Origin: an uncultured Thermotogae bacterium
GTDB taxonomy: Bacteria > Thermotogota > Thermotogae > MWEM01
Length of the DNA stretch: 64,000 nucleotides
Assembly: GCA_963667315.1 (NCBI GenBank)
Contig: OY763325.1
Span: 363,378-427,377, forward strand
Direction: 5' to 3'
Shown here: piece by piece, positions 18,756-28,401 of the stretch
How the letters are laid out: every line of letters begins with the position of its first letter
Numbering within the stretch: position 1 is the first letter of the stretch
Translations under genes and position numbers: made by a program
The notes under the pieces: generated by a model
The model's input: only the letters and a program-made list of their open reading frames with translations
Database searches by the model: none
What the model was told of the DNA's origin: nothing

Positions 18756-19580
18756 ATGGGGATTAAGATATTTCAGGTTGATGCATTTACGAATGAGTTT
18801 TTCAAAGGGAATCCGGCTGCGGTCTGCGTTCTTGAGAAGGCTTTATCGGAAGAACTTTATCAGAAAATTGCAATGGAGATGAATCTGTCAGAAACAGCTT
18901 TTGTTATTGAAACAGCTGATGAAAACAAATTTAAGTTAAGGTGGTTTACATCGGAATGTGAAGTTGATTTATGCGGTCATGCAACACTATCCGCAGCACA
19001 TTGTCTTTTTGAGAAATTTGGTTTTCAGGGTGAACTCTGTTTTGAAACGAAGAGTGGTGTGCTGAAAGCTCAGGAGCATTATGGCAATATTCAGTTGGAT
19101 TTCCCTGCAAATAAACCGGAGAGCGTTGAACGACCGATTGAGGATATACAGGATGCCTTGAATTGTTCTGATTATTTTGAAGTTTATTACTCAAAGACGA
19201 GTGATTTTCTTTTGCTGCTGTTTGAAAGCGAAGAACAAATAGTCATGTTGAAGCCTGATTTTATGAAGATGAAAGCTCTGGAATTTGATTTAAATGTACA
19301 TGGTCTGATCGTAACGGCAAAAAATAACAGGGAAGCTGAAAATTACGATTTTTGTTCCAGGGTCTTTGTACCGTGGGAAGGAATCAACGAAGATCCGGTA
19401 ACCGGCTCTTCGCATACGCTTCTTGGACCTTTTTGGTCAGAAAGGTTGGGGAAGACTCTTGTTAGAGGTTATCAGGCTTCCTCAAGAGGCGGATATGTTA
19501 ATGTAGAGCATATGGAGAAAGGCAGAGTCACCCTAACCGGTGAAGCTGTAATAATACTGGAGGGAATTTTAAATGTTTAG
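18756..19580 (+). CDS. PhzF-family isomerase-like protein
   Basis: 274 aa; N-terminus IFQVDAFT ... GNPAAV and internal SETAF are hallmarks of the PhzF/YddE family. Confidence 0.8.
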   Translation: MGIKIFQVDAFTNEFFKGNPAAVCVLEKALSEELYQKIAMEMNLSETAFVIETADENKFKLRWFTSECEVDLCGHATLSAAHCLFEKFGFQGELCFETKSGVLKAQEHYGNIQLDFPANKPESVERPIEDIQDALNCSDYFEVYYSKTSDFLLLLFESEEQIVMLKPDFMKMKALEFDLNVHGLIVTAKNNREAENYDFCSRVFVPWEGINEDPVTGSSHTLLGPFWSERLGKTLVRGYQASSRGGYVNVEHMEKGRVTLTGEAVIILEGILNV

Positions 19581-19929
19581 CAATTTGACAATTAATGAGA
19601 AGCACGGTTATGCGATTTTTCCCGCGGATTACGAAATAAAATCCGTCAACGAATTGAATGATCTGTTGGGAAATTGTTATTATAATCATATTGAGAAAGT
19701 TCTAATCAATGAAAATAATCTCAGTGATACGTTCTTTGATCTTAAAACGAAAATTGCGGGAGATTATCTGCAGAAACTGGTTCTTTATCAATTTAAAGCT
19801 GCATTTGTGATTTCAGCGGAGAAAAACACGGGAAGGTTTTCGGAAATGGTACTGGAATCAAACAAAGGTAATCGCATCAATTTCTTTTATACATTTCAAG
19901 ATGCGGTGAATTGGCTGGAAACTATTTAG
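19573..19929 (+). CDS. hypothetical protein (possibly a DUF4180-type small protein, tentative)
   Basis: 118-aa ORF overlapping the PhzF stop by 8 nt (translational coupling); no motif I can name with confidence. Confidence 0.55.
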   Translation: MFSNLTINEKHGYAIFPADYEIKSVNELNDLLGNCYYNHIEKVLINENNLSDTFFDLKTKIAGDYLQKLVLYQFKAAFVISAEKNTGRFSEMVLESNKGNRINFFYTFQDAVNWLETI

Positions 19930-19933
19930 TGAA

Positions 19934-19969
19934 TAAAAAAAGGATGAATCTTATGATTCATCCTTTTTT
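19934..19969. terminator. bidirectional intrinsic terminator
   Basis: aggatgaatc-ttat-gattcatcct hairpin with an A7 run on the left and T7 on the right, between the + strand gene and the minus-strand tRNA cluster. Confidence 0.75.
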
Positions 19970-20044
19970 TGGAGCGGAAGACGGGATTCGAACCCGCGAC
20001 CCTCTGCTTGGCAAGCAGATGCTCTACCACTGAGCCACATCCGC
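19970..20044 (-). tRNA. tRNA-Gly (anticodon GCC), CCA encoded
   Basis: Minus-strand sequence GCGGATGTGGCTCAGTGGTAGAGCATCTGCTTGCCAAGCAGAGGGTCGCGGGTTCGAATCCCGTCTTCCGCTCCA; cloverleaf foldable by hand; anticodon loop UUGCCAA. Confidence 0.9.
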
Positions 20045-20053
20045 AGAAAACTG

Positions 20054-20137
20054 TGCGAGTGATGGGAGTTGAACCCATACGAGATCATTCTCACTGAATT
20101 CTAAGTCCAGCGCGTCTGCCAATTCCGCCACACTCGC
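20054..20137 (-). tRNA. tRNA-Leu (anticodon UAG), CCA not encoded
   Basis: 84-nt minus-strand sequence GCGAGTGTGGCGGAATTGGCAGACGCGCTGGACTTAGAATTCAG ... TGGGTTCAACTCCCATCACTCGCA; long variable arm; anticodon loop CUUAGAA; perfect 7-bp acceptor stem. Confidence 0.85.
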
Positions 20138-20155
20138 GCTTCCCAAAACTCTGAA

Positions 20156-20231
20156 TGGTGAGCCGCGAGGGACTTGAACCCTCGGCCCCATGATTAAAAG
20201 TCATGTGCTCTACCGACTGAGCTAGCAGCTC
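20156..20231 (-). tRNA. tRNA-Lys (anticodon UUU), CCA encoded
   Basis: Minus-strand sequence GAGCTGCTAGCTCAGTCGGTAGAGCACATGACTTTTAATCATGGGGCCGAGGGTTCAAGTCCCTCGCGGCTCACCA; anticodon loop CUUUUAA. Confidence 0.9.
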
Positions 20232-20338
20232 TCCCGCTTCGGAAACTCTCTTCCCTCCCGAAGCGAAATGATTCTAACATACTTTTTCAGAAAATGCAAG
20301 TCTAAATAAGACAATTATGAAAACAAATCTATATAATT

Positions 20339-21151
20339 TTATGAAAATGGAATGGTTTTCTCCATAATGACCTTTATATTCTCCACAAGAAGCGATTGCA
20401 TCTTACGATCTCTGAAATTTTTATCCTGACCAAGTGCTTCAACGATGTTTTCGGGATGGTTTACAAATTCCTTTATAGCGATTGTTTTCTGAAGATATGA
20501 CAGCATCCTATCGATTTCAAGTTTGTTGCAAACTTTACCATGTCCGGTTATGAACCATTTTGCCTTTTCTCTCTTTAACTGCTTTAATATTTTTATCCAT
20601 TTTTCAATATTGCTGTCTACGACAATTTCCGGGTGATATTCGCTGACCAGTAAATCGCCAAGAATGACAATCTTTCTTTCAGGTATTCTTACAATTGTAG
20701 AATCCGGTGTATGTCCACCAACCAATTCAAATTCAATTTTCAGATTACCGAGTATGAGAGTGTGTTCCTTTTTAAAAGTCATGGCAGGGTGTACGATCTT
20801 TATATCTTCTTCAATTAATGCCCCATCTTTCATGATGACCTGGTCGATATAATCATGATTCATCATGGAAAGATAATTTTCTGTTTTTTCTGATGCGATT
20901 AAAGGGGCATTGATTCCTGAATTACCGAATGAATGATCGGGATGATAATGTGTGTTTGTCATCATGATCACTTCAGATTTCATTAACCGCTTGATATATA
21001 ATACGATTTCGGATGCTTTTGAAGGAAAAAGCGAACTGTCTACCACTAAAGTCCCTTCAGCTGTCGTGATAGTCGTTATATTTGAACCGCCATATGGGTT
21101 ATCAAATACAATAATACCTTTTTCAAGTTCTCTCAATTTGTTCAACTCCAA
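20339..21151 (-). CDS. MBL-fold metallo-hydrolase
   Basis: 270 aa with an HxHxDH zinc motif (THYHPDHSFG) and downstream His/Asp ligands. Confidence 0.8.
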   Translation of the reverse strand: MELNKLRELEKGIIVFDNPYGGSNITTITTAEGTLVVDSSLFPSKASEIVLYIKRLMKSEVIMMTNTHYHPDHSFGNSGINAPLIASEKTENYLSMMNHDYIDQVIMKDGALIEEDIKIVHPAMTFKKEHTLILGNLKIEFELVGGHTPDSTIVRIPERKIVILGDLLVSEYHPEIVVDSNIEKWIKILKQLKREKAKWFITGHGKVCNKLEIDRMLSYLQKTIAIKEFVNHPENIVEALGQDKNFRDRKMQSLLVENIKVIMEKTIPFS

Positions 21152-21285
21152 TATCCTTTATCAATTTATTATTCTATACATTTCTTTTATTTTCCCTTTA
21201 CCTTTTCATAACGTCTTATGAAAAATATTTCAGATTACGAATCGATAGCCTTGTTTTTTGAAATTGAATATGATAGAATCCTGTC

Positions 21286-22626
21286 ATGAATATATATAAG
21301 AGACTTTTTAAGATTGCTTTACCAATTGCAATACAGCAAATCATCCTAACTAGCATGAACTTCGTAGACATGTTGATGATTGGACAGCTTGGGGAGGTAT
21401 CCATAGCAGCTGTCGGTTTATCCAATCAATTATTTTTTATCTTCAATGTTGTCACATTTGGTCTCGTTTCAGGTGGTGCTATTTTTATCGCACAATTTTG
21501 GGGAACAAAACAGGAGTATAATATTTCACGAACCACTGCTTTAATGTTGATTTGTTCTACACTGATTTCAATTTTCTTTTTTATCTTGGCGTTTTTCTTT
21601 CCTGAACAGACACTTAGAGTCTTTTCACCGGATCAACTTGTTATTAATGAGGGGGCTGGATATCTGAATGCCATAGGCGTTAGTTTTCTTGCCTTTGGTG
21701 TTACCATGACTATTTCATTTGTGTTGAGAAATACAGAGAATGCAGTTATTCCAATGGTCATCAGTATTGTTTCAATTGGTTTGAATGTGTTGCTCAATTA
21801 TTCTCTGATATTTGGAAACTTCGGGTTACCAAAACTGGGTATCAGAGGTGCCGGGATCGGAACACTTATTTCCAGGATTTTTGAAATGATCCTGATTCTG
21901 ATCATCGTCTATCGTAAAAAATTACCTGGCAGAGTTCACCTTGAACATTTTACAGGTCTCTCCAAAGATTTTGTGAAGCGATTTTTAAAATACACTTTTC
22001 CAACCGTTGCAAATGAGCTGTTTTGGTCAACCGGTTATTCCATGTATTCAATCATCTACAGTTATATGGGCACTGGATTGCTTGCGGCGACAAGGATCAT
22101 GAACAGTATTGAGCGATTTTCATTTTCGGTTCTTCTGGCACTGGCAAATGCGGCAGCTGTCGTTATTGGTCAGGAACTTGGCAGATCATCCTATGATAAA
22201 GCGAAACATATGTCAAAGAAGATCATCAAACTTGATCTTGGGATAGCGTTTGTTTTGATTATTCCCATGATAATATTCGCCCCTCAGTTTGTTTCACTTT
22301 TCAGTGTAACACCGGAAGTAAAAAAATTATCAATACTTTTACTGAGGTTATCGATGCTGTATTCTCCGGTAAAGATAATGAATGGACTATTTATCGTTGG
22401 TATTTTAAGAGCCGGAGGCGATACGAAATTTTCCTTTGCAGTTGAAGCAGGGTGTTTATGGCTTGTCGGTATTCCGGTTACTGCACTGGCAGGACTGGTC
22501 CTCAATTGGGATTTTCCAATTGTATATTCTTTGTGCATGGTGGAGGAAGTTTTAAAGTTAATCATATTGATAAGGCGGTATAAGAAAGGCTCCTGGCTTA
22601 AAAATGTCGTCGAAAATATGCAGTAA
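21286..22626 (+). CDS. MATE-family efflux transporter
   Basis: 446 aa, 12 predicted TM helices, duplicated 6-TM halves and conserved MATE N-terminus (LPIAIQQIILTSMNFVDMLMIGQLG). Confidence 0.9.
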   Translation: MNIYKRLFKIALPIAIQQIILTSMNFVDMLMIGQLGEVSIAAVGLSNQLFFIFNVVTFGLVSGGAIFIAQFWGTKQEYNISRTTALMLICSTLISIFFFILAFFFPEQTLRVFSPDQLVINEGAGYLNAIGVSFLAFGVTMTISFVLRNTENAVIPMVISIVSIGLNVLLNYSLIFGNFGLPKLGIRGAGIGTLISRIFEMILILIIVYRKKLPGRVHLEHFTGLSKDFVKRFLKYTFPTVANELFWSTGYSMYSIIYSYMGTGLLAATRIMNSIERFSFSVLLALANAAAVVIGQELGRSSYDKAKHMSKKIIKLDLGIAFVLIIPMIIFAPQFVSLFSVTPEVKKLSILLLRLSMLYSPVKIMNGLFIVGILRAGGDTKFSFAVEAGCLWLVGIPVTALAGLVLNWDFPIVYSLCMVEEVLKLIILIRRYKKGSWLKNVVENMQ

Positions 22627-22656
22627 AAAAAGGGATCCTAAAGGATCCCTTTTTAT
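22624..22656. terminator. bidirectional intrinsic terminator
   Basis: agggatcc-taaa-ggatccct hairpin flanked by an A-run and a T-run, between convergent MATE and GT4 genes. Confidence 0.75.
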
Positions 22657-22673
22657 TGTGAATTAACATATTT

Positions 22674-23705
22674 TTATTCTGAGATGAGATCAGAGTAAAA
22701 ATTCTCCCAGATTTTCATGACATTTTTCTCGGAATAGTAATCTGAAATTTCTATGGACTTTTCTTTAATTTTATTGAACAGTTCTTTGTTTGTATATAAT
22801 TCATTGAGTTTCTTCGTAAAATCATCTGCATTGTTTCCTGACATATATTTTCTAAAGAGTATTTCTTCATATAATTCGATATCCCTGACGAGAAGTGGTA
22901 ACTGGCAGTTACAGGCTTCAAGGATAGTCATAGGGAACAATTCCTGATATGAAGGCAGAAAAAGAACATCAGCGGCATTAAAATAGTCAGCGACTTTTTC
23001 CCTTTCAACAATCCCGGTGAAAATAACATTTTCAGGAGGATTCTCTATCATCTTTTTATATTTTTCATAGCCATCTGTAATTTTACCGAACGAAAAACCA
23101 CCAACCCAGACAAATTTAAATTGGGGGCACTTTTTGGCTGTTTTAATGAAATCGTCAATTCCTTTTCTCTTCTGAACCTGTCCGGCTCCAACGATGACAA
23201 ATTCATCTCCCGATAAACCAAAATCATCTCTCAAATCCTGTTTACGTTGTTCATTAACCGGTTTAAACACCTCTCTGGATACATAATTCGGAATATAATA
23301 AACCTTATTTTCAGGTAACCCGAGTCTTATGAGTTCCTGTTTGTAAAAAGAATTAACAACAACAAGTCTGTCTGCCATAGAGTAAAAGCTGATCATGTAC
23401 TTTACCAGATATTTCAATATAAAACCCGGAATTTTCAAAGAGCCTTCCAGTGAATCGGGCATAACATGACAGGAAATGACCGTTTTTTTACCTCTATTCT
23501 TGTACTTTTTCAGCAACGATCTGGAACCCAGATCAAACGTGTGTGCATGAACAATATCAAATATTCTGTTATCATTAACATGGACATCCAGTACATCGGA
23601 TTTTTTCAGTAATTTTGCCTGTTCTTTAAAAGCGGAGTCTACTCCCTGCCCTTTTGCCATCTCCGATACCGAACGTATGTTCAAACTGATTGACACCAAT
23701 ACCAC
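22674..23705 (-). CDS. glycosyltransferase family 4 (GT-B fold)
   Basis: 343 aa; C-terminal GT4 signature region (GGFSFGKITDGYEKY ... FLPSYQELFPMTILEACNCQLPLLVRD). The true start may be the internal MAKGQG (about 23657). Confidence 0.8.
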   Translation of the reverse strand: MVLVSISLNIRSVSEMAKGQGVDSAFKEQAKLLKKSDVLDVHVNDNRIFDIVHAHTFDLGSRSLLKKYKNRGKKTVISCHVMPDSLEGSLKIPGFILKYLVKYMISFYSMADRLVVVNSFYKQELIRLGLPENKVYYIPNYVSREVFKPVNEQRKQDLRDDFGLSGDEFVIVGAGQVQKRKGIDDFIKTAKKCPQFKFVWVGGFSFGKITDGYEKYKKMIENPPENVIFTGIVEREKVADYFNAADVLFLPSYQELFPMTILEACNCQLPLLVRDIELYEEILFRKYMSGNNADDFTKKLNELYTNKELFNKIKEKSIEISDYYSEKNVMKIWENFYSDLISE

Positions 23706-23727
23706 TCCTTCATTTTAACCTGGCAGA

Positions 23728-24243
23728 TTATAACATAGATGTACCGTTAAAAAAATGATTATTTTCTGCCCATTCTTTGAATAACATCAGTATTCGTCCT
23801 GTTGCTCCCCAAATAAAAAAATCTTTGAAATCCCAGACAGGTAAAGAGATGAACCTGTTGTTATACGGAAATCGTTTCATGGTCATCTTTGTTTTCATGA
23901 AAGTTTTAAAAGGGATTGTATGAATACTCTCAACCTCGTTCGGATTAATAATAAGATCTCCCGTATCAATGATACCTATAAACGGTAAGATGTTGTGGTC
24001 TGATACATAAGTCAAAACAGGTTGAAGAGAATCGATTATTTTCAAAATATCAGCATTGATTTCCTCTTTTGTTTCTCTTTTAACTGCTTCTATAGGACGC
24101 TCATTCGTTTCAATCTTCCCCCCGGGGAAAGATATCTCACCCGGATGATGTTTCAGGGATCGGCTTCTTTGCGTAAAAAGAATCTCGTATTGATCGTCTT
24201 TCAAAAAGATCGAAACGAGTACAGTTGATGTGATCGACTTCAT
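23728..24243 (-). CDS. NUDIX hydrolase (CoA-pyrophosphatase-like)
   Basis: 171 aa; Nudix box GGKIETNERPIEAVKRETKEEINA (G-x5-E-x7-REUxEExGU pattern). Confidence 0.8.
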   Translation of the reverse strand: MKSITSTVLVSIFLKDDQYEILFTQRSRSLKHHPGEISFPGGKIETNERPIEAVKRETKEEINADILKIIDSLQPVLTYVSDHNILPFIGIIDTGDLIINPNEVESIHTIPFKTFMKTKMTMKRFPYNNRFISLPVWDFKDFFIWGATGRILMLFKEWAENNHFFNGTSML

Positions 24244-25472
24244 TTTACCTTTTCTTTATTGTGCTTTGTAAAGATATAATTATAATATTTATTCAGATCT
24301 TCATCATCCATTTCTTCTATATTCTGAAAATAATTCACGTTGAAGCTTTCTTCTTCATCCAGAGAATCGGAGTATTCATCAATAGAAACCCATTGTTCAG
24401 ACGTATCCTCATCAACTTCCTCACTATCCATTGATTCAATAAGTTCATAGGCTTTTGAAATTGCCGAGTTAACGTCGAAATCATCCGGGATATTATCAAG
24501 GTGCTCATATTTAGGTGTGTAAGAAGCGACATTATTCTCTCTTAATTCGCTCTCTTCGGAACTTTCAGATTCATCTTCATCCAAAACAGCGTTTAATATT
24601 GAACTTCTTGCGTCATCAAACTCATCTGTGATATTTTCTTCAAAGTTCACGGATACATCCCGCTCAACTTCAACTGATTCCTCTGTGGGAGTCTCTTCGA
24701 ACAGTGGCTCATCATCTCCGAAAAATTTTGAAAGTTCTCTGATATCTTTTGAAGCCATTTCTTCAATATTTATCTCCTCATCAAAAGGTGTATCAAGTAA
24801 ATCTTTATCGTTTATTTCAATCGCTTCTTTCGTTTCCTCGGCTGAATCTTCCTCAGAAAAACCCGAATCGGCAGGTTTAGTTACATTATGCTGCCCGTTT
24901 AAAATATCTGGAGAAACACCTACCAGTTTAAGGGCGAGTTTACTGAACGTATTTATTTTTATTTCAATGAACAAACCGATTGCAATAATCAATACACTGA
25001 CAGCACTTAAAAGGATTATCGGTGTTAAAGTGTTTCCACTTTCCTCAGTTACGGTTGATGAAGCGGTTTGAAGTGCTGATTTACTCGCTTCATTTGTAAA
25101 TTTCTCCTCCATATCATTGTAATAGAGGAAACCCTCCGGTAGCGTTGCCTCGTGTTCATCAATTTTCTTTAAAAGGTCATCGGCTATAGGATTGCCTGTA
25201 AAAAGGTAAAGATATGTCTTGGCTGTTTTGTAATCATCATTGTTAAAGGCACTGACCCCGAGCATATATTTAATGTTAGGGGCTTTTGCCTCTATATCAG
25301 GGTTTTTGATTAGAGCGGAATGAAAATATCTTTGAGCATCAAAATAGTTACCGGAATTATAGGAATCTTTACCGGAAAAGTAAAGGGACATCGCCTCGTC
25401 CTGGTCAGAACCTGCGAATATTAAAATCGGTAACAGAATAATGCAAATTACAAAGAGTATTTTCTTGTTCAT
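24240..25472 (-). CDS. hypothetical single-pass membrane protein with TPR-like N-domain and a very acidic C-terminal tail
   Basis: 410 aa; signal/anchor MNKKILFVICIILLPILIFAG, TPR-like segment, TM helix LTPIILLSAVSVLIIAIGLFI, then about 200 aa rich in D/E/S. Start overlaps the stop of the upstream 971-aa gene by 4 nt. Confidence 0.65.
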   Translation of the reverse strand: MNKKILFVICIILLPILIFAGSDQDEAMSLYFSGKDSYNSGNYFDAQRYFHSALIKNPDIEAKAPNIKYMLGVSAFNNDDYKTAKTYLYLFTGNPIADDLLKKIDEHEATLPEGFLYYNDMEEKFTNEASKSALQTASSTVTEESGNTLTPIILLSAVSVLIIAIGLFIEIKINTFSKLALKLVGVSPDILNGQHNVTKPADSGFSEEDSAEETKEAIEINDKDLLDTPFDEEINIEEMASKDIRELSKFFGDDEPLFEETPTEESVEVERDVSVNFEENITDEFDDARSSILNAVLDEDESESSEESELRENNVASYTPKYEHLDNIPDDFDVNSAISKAYELIESMDSEEVDEDTSEQWVSIDEYSDSLDEEESFNVNYFQNIEEMDDEDLNKYYNYIFTKHNKEKVK

Positions 25473-28384
25473 TCAAGTATTGCCACCTTTTTAAGGAAAT
25501 AATGTGCATCTTTTTTGGTTAAGACCATCATATTGCCATTCGACATAACGGCATCTTTTATTTTCTCGTCATCCGGTATATCAAAGTAGGTTCCTTTTGG
25601 CTGTTTATACTGATAATCAATGATATTGAATTTATTTTTACCGACCACAATAACCTGCTGTGGGTTTTTCAGAACTTTTATGCCTCCTGTGTTATTAGAC
25701 GTTAAGAGCAGTTCTTTTTTACCGTCAAGGCTTATGACCCTTAAAGAATAATCCGAAGCAATCACATACAGTGAATCCTGTGCTATTATACCCGTTAATA
25801 AATTGATATCATTACTATATGGTCTGTATATCTCATGACATTCCTTTCCGTTAAAGAGATAAACTGCTTCATCCGTAATAATATAAGGATACATGCCATG
25901 CATGATTATTTCTCCGTAATGACCATCAAGTTTGAAGGATGAAAAAGGTGTTTCAAGTGTCAAACCATTATAATGAAGGAGGTAATATTGGACAGAATCG
26001 TTGATACCGATGGATAAAACCGGGGCATCAAACATCAGATATTCCATTTTAACCGGTTCACCATTTATATACTGTGTCAGGATATTGTCATGAACTGAAA
26101 AAAGACTTCCGGAATAGGTTGTATAAGCAAAGCTTTGATTGTCATTGATTCGATTAAAAATTCCGTTGTTAAAATAGACAATCCCCTTGTTGTCAAAAAG
26201 ATATAGCGAACCGTTGACACTTGTCATTCCATACGGCTCTATATCATCAGGTATTTTAAACTGATTATAGTTGTACACAATCATATTATTTATGTTGCTG
26301 AATTTCTGCGGTATTTCAGTACCATTCCACATAGATGAATCCGGTTGATATGTTTTAAGATCTCCGGTGTGATTATTTTTAGAAATTGTGTCTGTAGAAT
26401 TACTGGTGTTATTTATATCGTTGAGAATAGAAACGATAGTGTCAATTCTACTATTGTCAGCTATAGCTGATTCACTTGCCGGAGATGTTGTCCCGGAAGA
26501 ACTGGCAGATATCGTGTTGTCAGTATCCTGATGATTTGAAGTATTATTGTTGTCGGAGGCTGTATTGGATTCAGATGTTTCACTTTCCGTTGTTGTTGAA
26601 GTTACGGTTTGATTATTGTTATTAAAAAACTGATTTCGCCAGCGTTCAAGATCCGAATCAACAGAATCTGTTGCGCTTTTATCAGATATCTGTTCCGTTG
26701 CAGAACCGGTTGTATCGGTACTGTTCAAATCAACAGAACTTTCAGTTGAATTTTGATCAGTATCGGGTAATCGGATGTCTTCGTTCGCCGTTAAAGTTGA
26801 CCCTGTATCGAATAACCATTCTTTAAAAGTATCATCCTTAAATTCAGGAACTTCTACAACTTCTATTCCCTGTTCAAGGAATGCAAATATATACTGCAAG
26901 GTCTGTTGCTGCATGAATATATCAAAGAAAGAGAAAGGGAAAGTCTTGAACGTGATATTTTCCATATTATTTGTTGCTTCATCAACTGCAGGGGCAATAG
27001 CACTGTAAACCGAAACGATTCCGTCACCTTTTTCAAGAGTGTTTTCAGGGTAAAATTTCGCAAATTGTGAATCCTGAAGATCGGCATTAAAATCAGGTTT
27101 GCTACCTGCAACGAAGAAATATTCTATATCTTCTCTAATCGAAGTTTGTAAAGTGTTAATTGTTTCGGAATATGGCAGTATATCGATATAAAATGTGTTG
27201 ACCTTTTCAAGATAACTTAAATTATTCCTTTCAAGGTATCGAATTGTATCTGATGTCAGACCATATATTTTCGAAAGAATTTCCGGATCCTTTCCATAGA
27301 TTAAATTTAAAAAAGAAGGGTTTACGATGTTTGAACCTGAATTTGGAACAGAAACCAAAACCATCTTTCTGACATTGGTAATTGGATAATTTTCTACGGC
27401 ATATCTCGCAATGATTCCACCGATACCGTGTGCGATAATGTCAAAGGTTTTATTTGATGAAAGTAGTTTTTGAGCGAGTTTATCTGCTTCAAAACGAACA
27501 TAACTTTTCATCGATATTGTATTGAAAAAGGTTTTAGCTTCGGTAACATAATCCATTGTACGGGTTTCAGTCAAGGGATACTGATAGACCCATATACTTC
27601 TATCGGGGAAAGTAACTTCCCATAAATTATTTCCTTGCGGGTTTGAATTTGAAATCGTATTTGGGAGAAAACCTTTGAAATTTGAATCAATTCCCGGAAT
27701 TAGCATAAGATCAGGCTTAAGTGTATCTTCTTTTTCGATTATTTCCTTTAAACCAAGTTCGGGTTTTACCGGATTGCTGATTCTCAGTCCAATTAAGGAG
27801 CCATGAAACCCTTTTGCCCGGAGGACCGGCTGACTATTGCTGTTTTCATAAATCTCTCCACCCGAAAAGACTCTAACGACGGGGTTCTCTTTATCCTCAA
27901 TGTAGATGAGTTCCGCATTGTTAAATTCTTTTCCAAAATAGAACTCACCGGGAATTAAATAGTCGTACGTCATAGGTTCCAGGGCAAGATCGGTTCTCCC
28001 GTCGACTGGTGTTAATTCATAAATATCTCCATAAAAATTTCCGAGCTGCTTGAAGTTGTCATACGCTGCATTCCTTGGGATTTCTTCTATCCTGAATTTT
28101 TTAGGGTATGGGAAAGCATTTTCAGGTATGGTAATTGAAAGATCTTTTATATCGGTTTTTACCTGCGTTTGATCTTCTCCGGTACTTTCTATTTCAGCTT
28201 CAGCATCTTTCATAGATAGAGTGAGTACGATTATTATAACGACTACGGCCCCAACAGCTGAAAGATAAATAATACTCATCAAGCGATGTGTTTTAAAATA
28301 TTGGATCAGATTTTTTATACTAAATTTTTTGAATGCTTTTGGGATATCCTTTACTTTATTCAGGAGACTTTTAAAAAAAGACAA
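25469..28384 (-). CDS. large membrane-anchored protein with a degenerate lipase-like (PGAP1/DUF676-type) alpha/beta-hydrolase domain, S/T/N-rich linker and C-terminal beta-rich domain
   Basis: 971 aa; N-terminal TM (IIYLSAVGAVVVIIIVLTL); FDIIAHGIGGIIARYAV sits where lipases have GHSMGG (nucleophile Ser replaced by Gly) and LMLIPGIDSN where the oxyanion-hole HG motif is expected; low-complexity S/T/N linker; paralogous to the 629-aa ORF at 55839-57545. Confidence 0.65.
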   Translation of the reverse strand: MSFFKSLLNKVKDIPKAFKKFSIKNLIQYFKTHRLMSIIYLSAVGAVVVIIIVLTLSMKDAEAEIESTGEDQTQVKTDIKDLSITIPENAFPYPKKFRIEEIPRNAAYDNFKQLGNFYGDIYELTPVDGRTDLALEPMTYDYLIPGEFYFGKEFNNAELIYIEDKENPVVRVFSGGEIYENSNSQPVLRAKGFHGSLIGLRISNPVKPELGLKEIIEKEDTLKPDLMLIPGIDSNFKGFLPNTISNSNPQGNNLWEVTFPDRSIWVYQYPLTETRTMDYVTEAKTFFNTISMKSYVRFEADKLAQKLLSSNKTFDIIAHGIGGIIARYAVENYPITNVRKMVLVSVPNSGSNIVNPSFLNLIYGKDPEILSKIYGLTSDTIRYLERNNLSYLEKVNTFYIDILPYSETINTLQTSIREDIEYFFVAGSKPDFNADLQDSQFAKFYPENTLEKGDGIVSVYSAIAPAVDEATNNMENITFKTFPFSFFDIFMQQQTLQYIFAFLEQGIEVVEVPEFKDDTFKEWLFDTGSTLTANEDIRLPDTDQNSTESSVDLNSTDTTGSATEQISDKSATDSVDSDLERWRNQFFNNNNQTVTSTTTESETSESNTASDNNNTSNHQDTDNTISASSSGTTSPASESAIADNSRIDTIVSILNDINNTSNSTDTISKNNHTGDLKTYQPDSSMWNGTEIPQKFSNINNMIVYNYNQFKIPDDIEPYGMTSVNGSLYLFDNKGIVYFNNGIFNRINDNQSFAYTTYSGSLFSVHDNILTQYINGEPVKMEYLMFDAPVLSIGINDSVQYYLLHYNGLTLETPFSSFKLDGHYGEIIMHGMYPYIITDEAVYLFNGKECHEIYRPYSNDINLLTGIIAQDSLYVIASDYSLRVISLDGKKELLLTSNNTGGIKVLKNPQQVIVVGKNKFNIIDYQYKQPKGTYFDIPDDEKIKDAVMSNGNMMVLTKKDAHYFLKKVAILE

Positions 28385-28401
28385 TGTATATCATCCTTTC
28401 G

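Noticed and set aside
19930-20340. Integrated mobile element at the tRNA cluster
   Set aside because: No integrase, recombinase or direct repeat of a tRNA 3' end in the flanks; flanking genes are ordinary.
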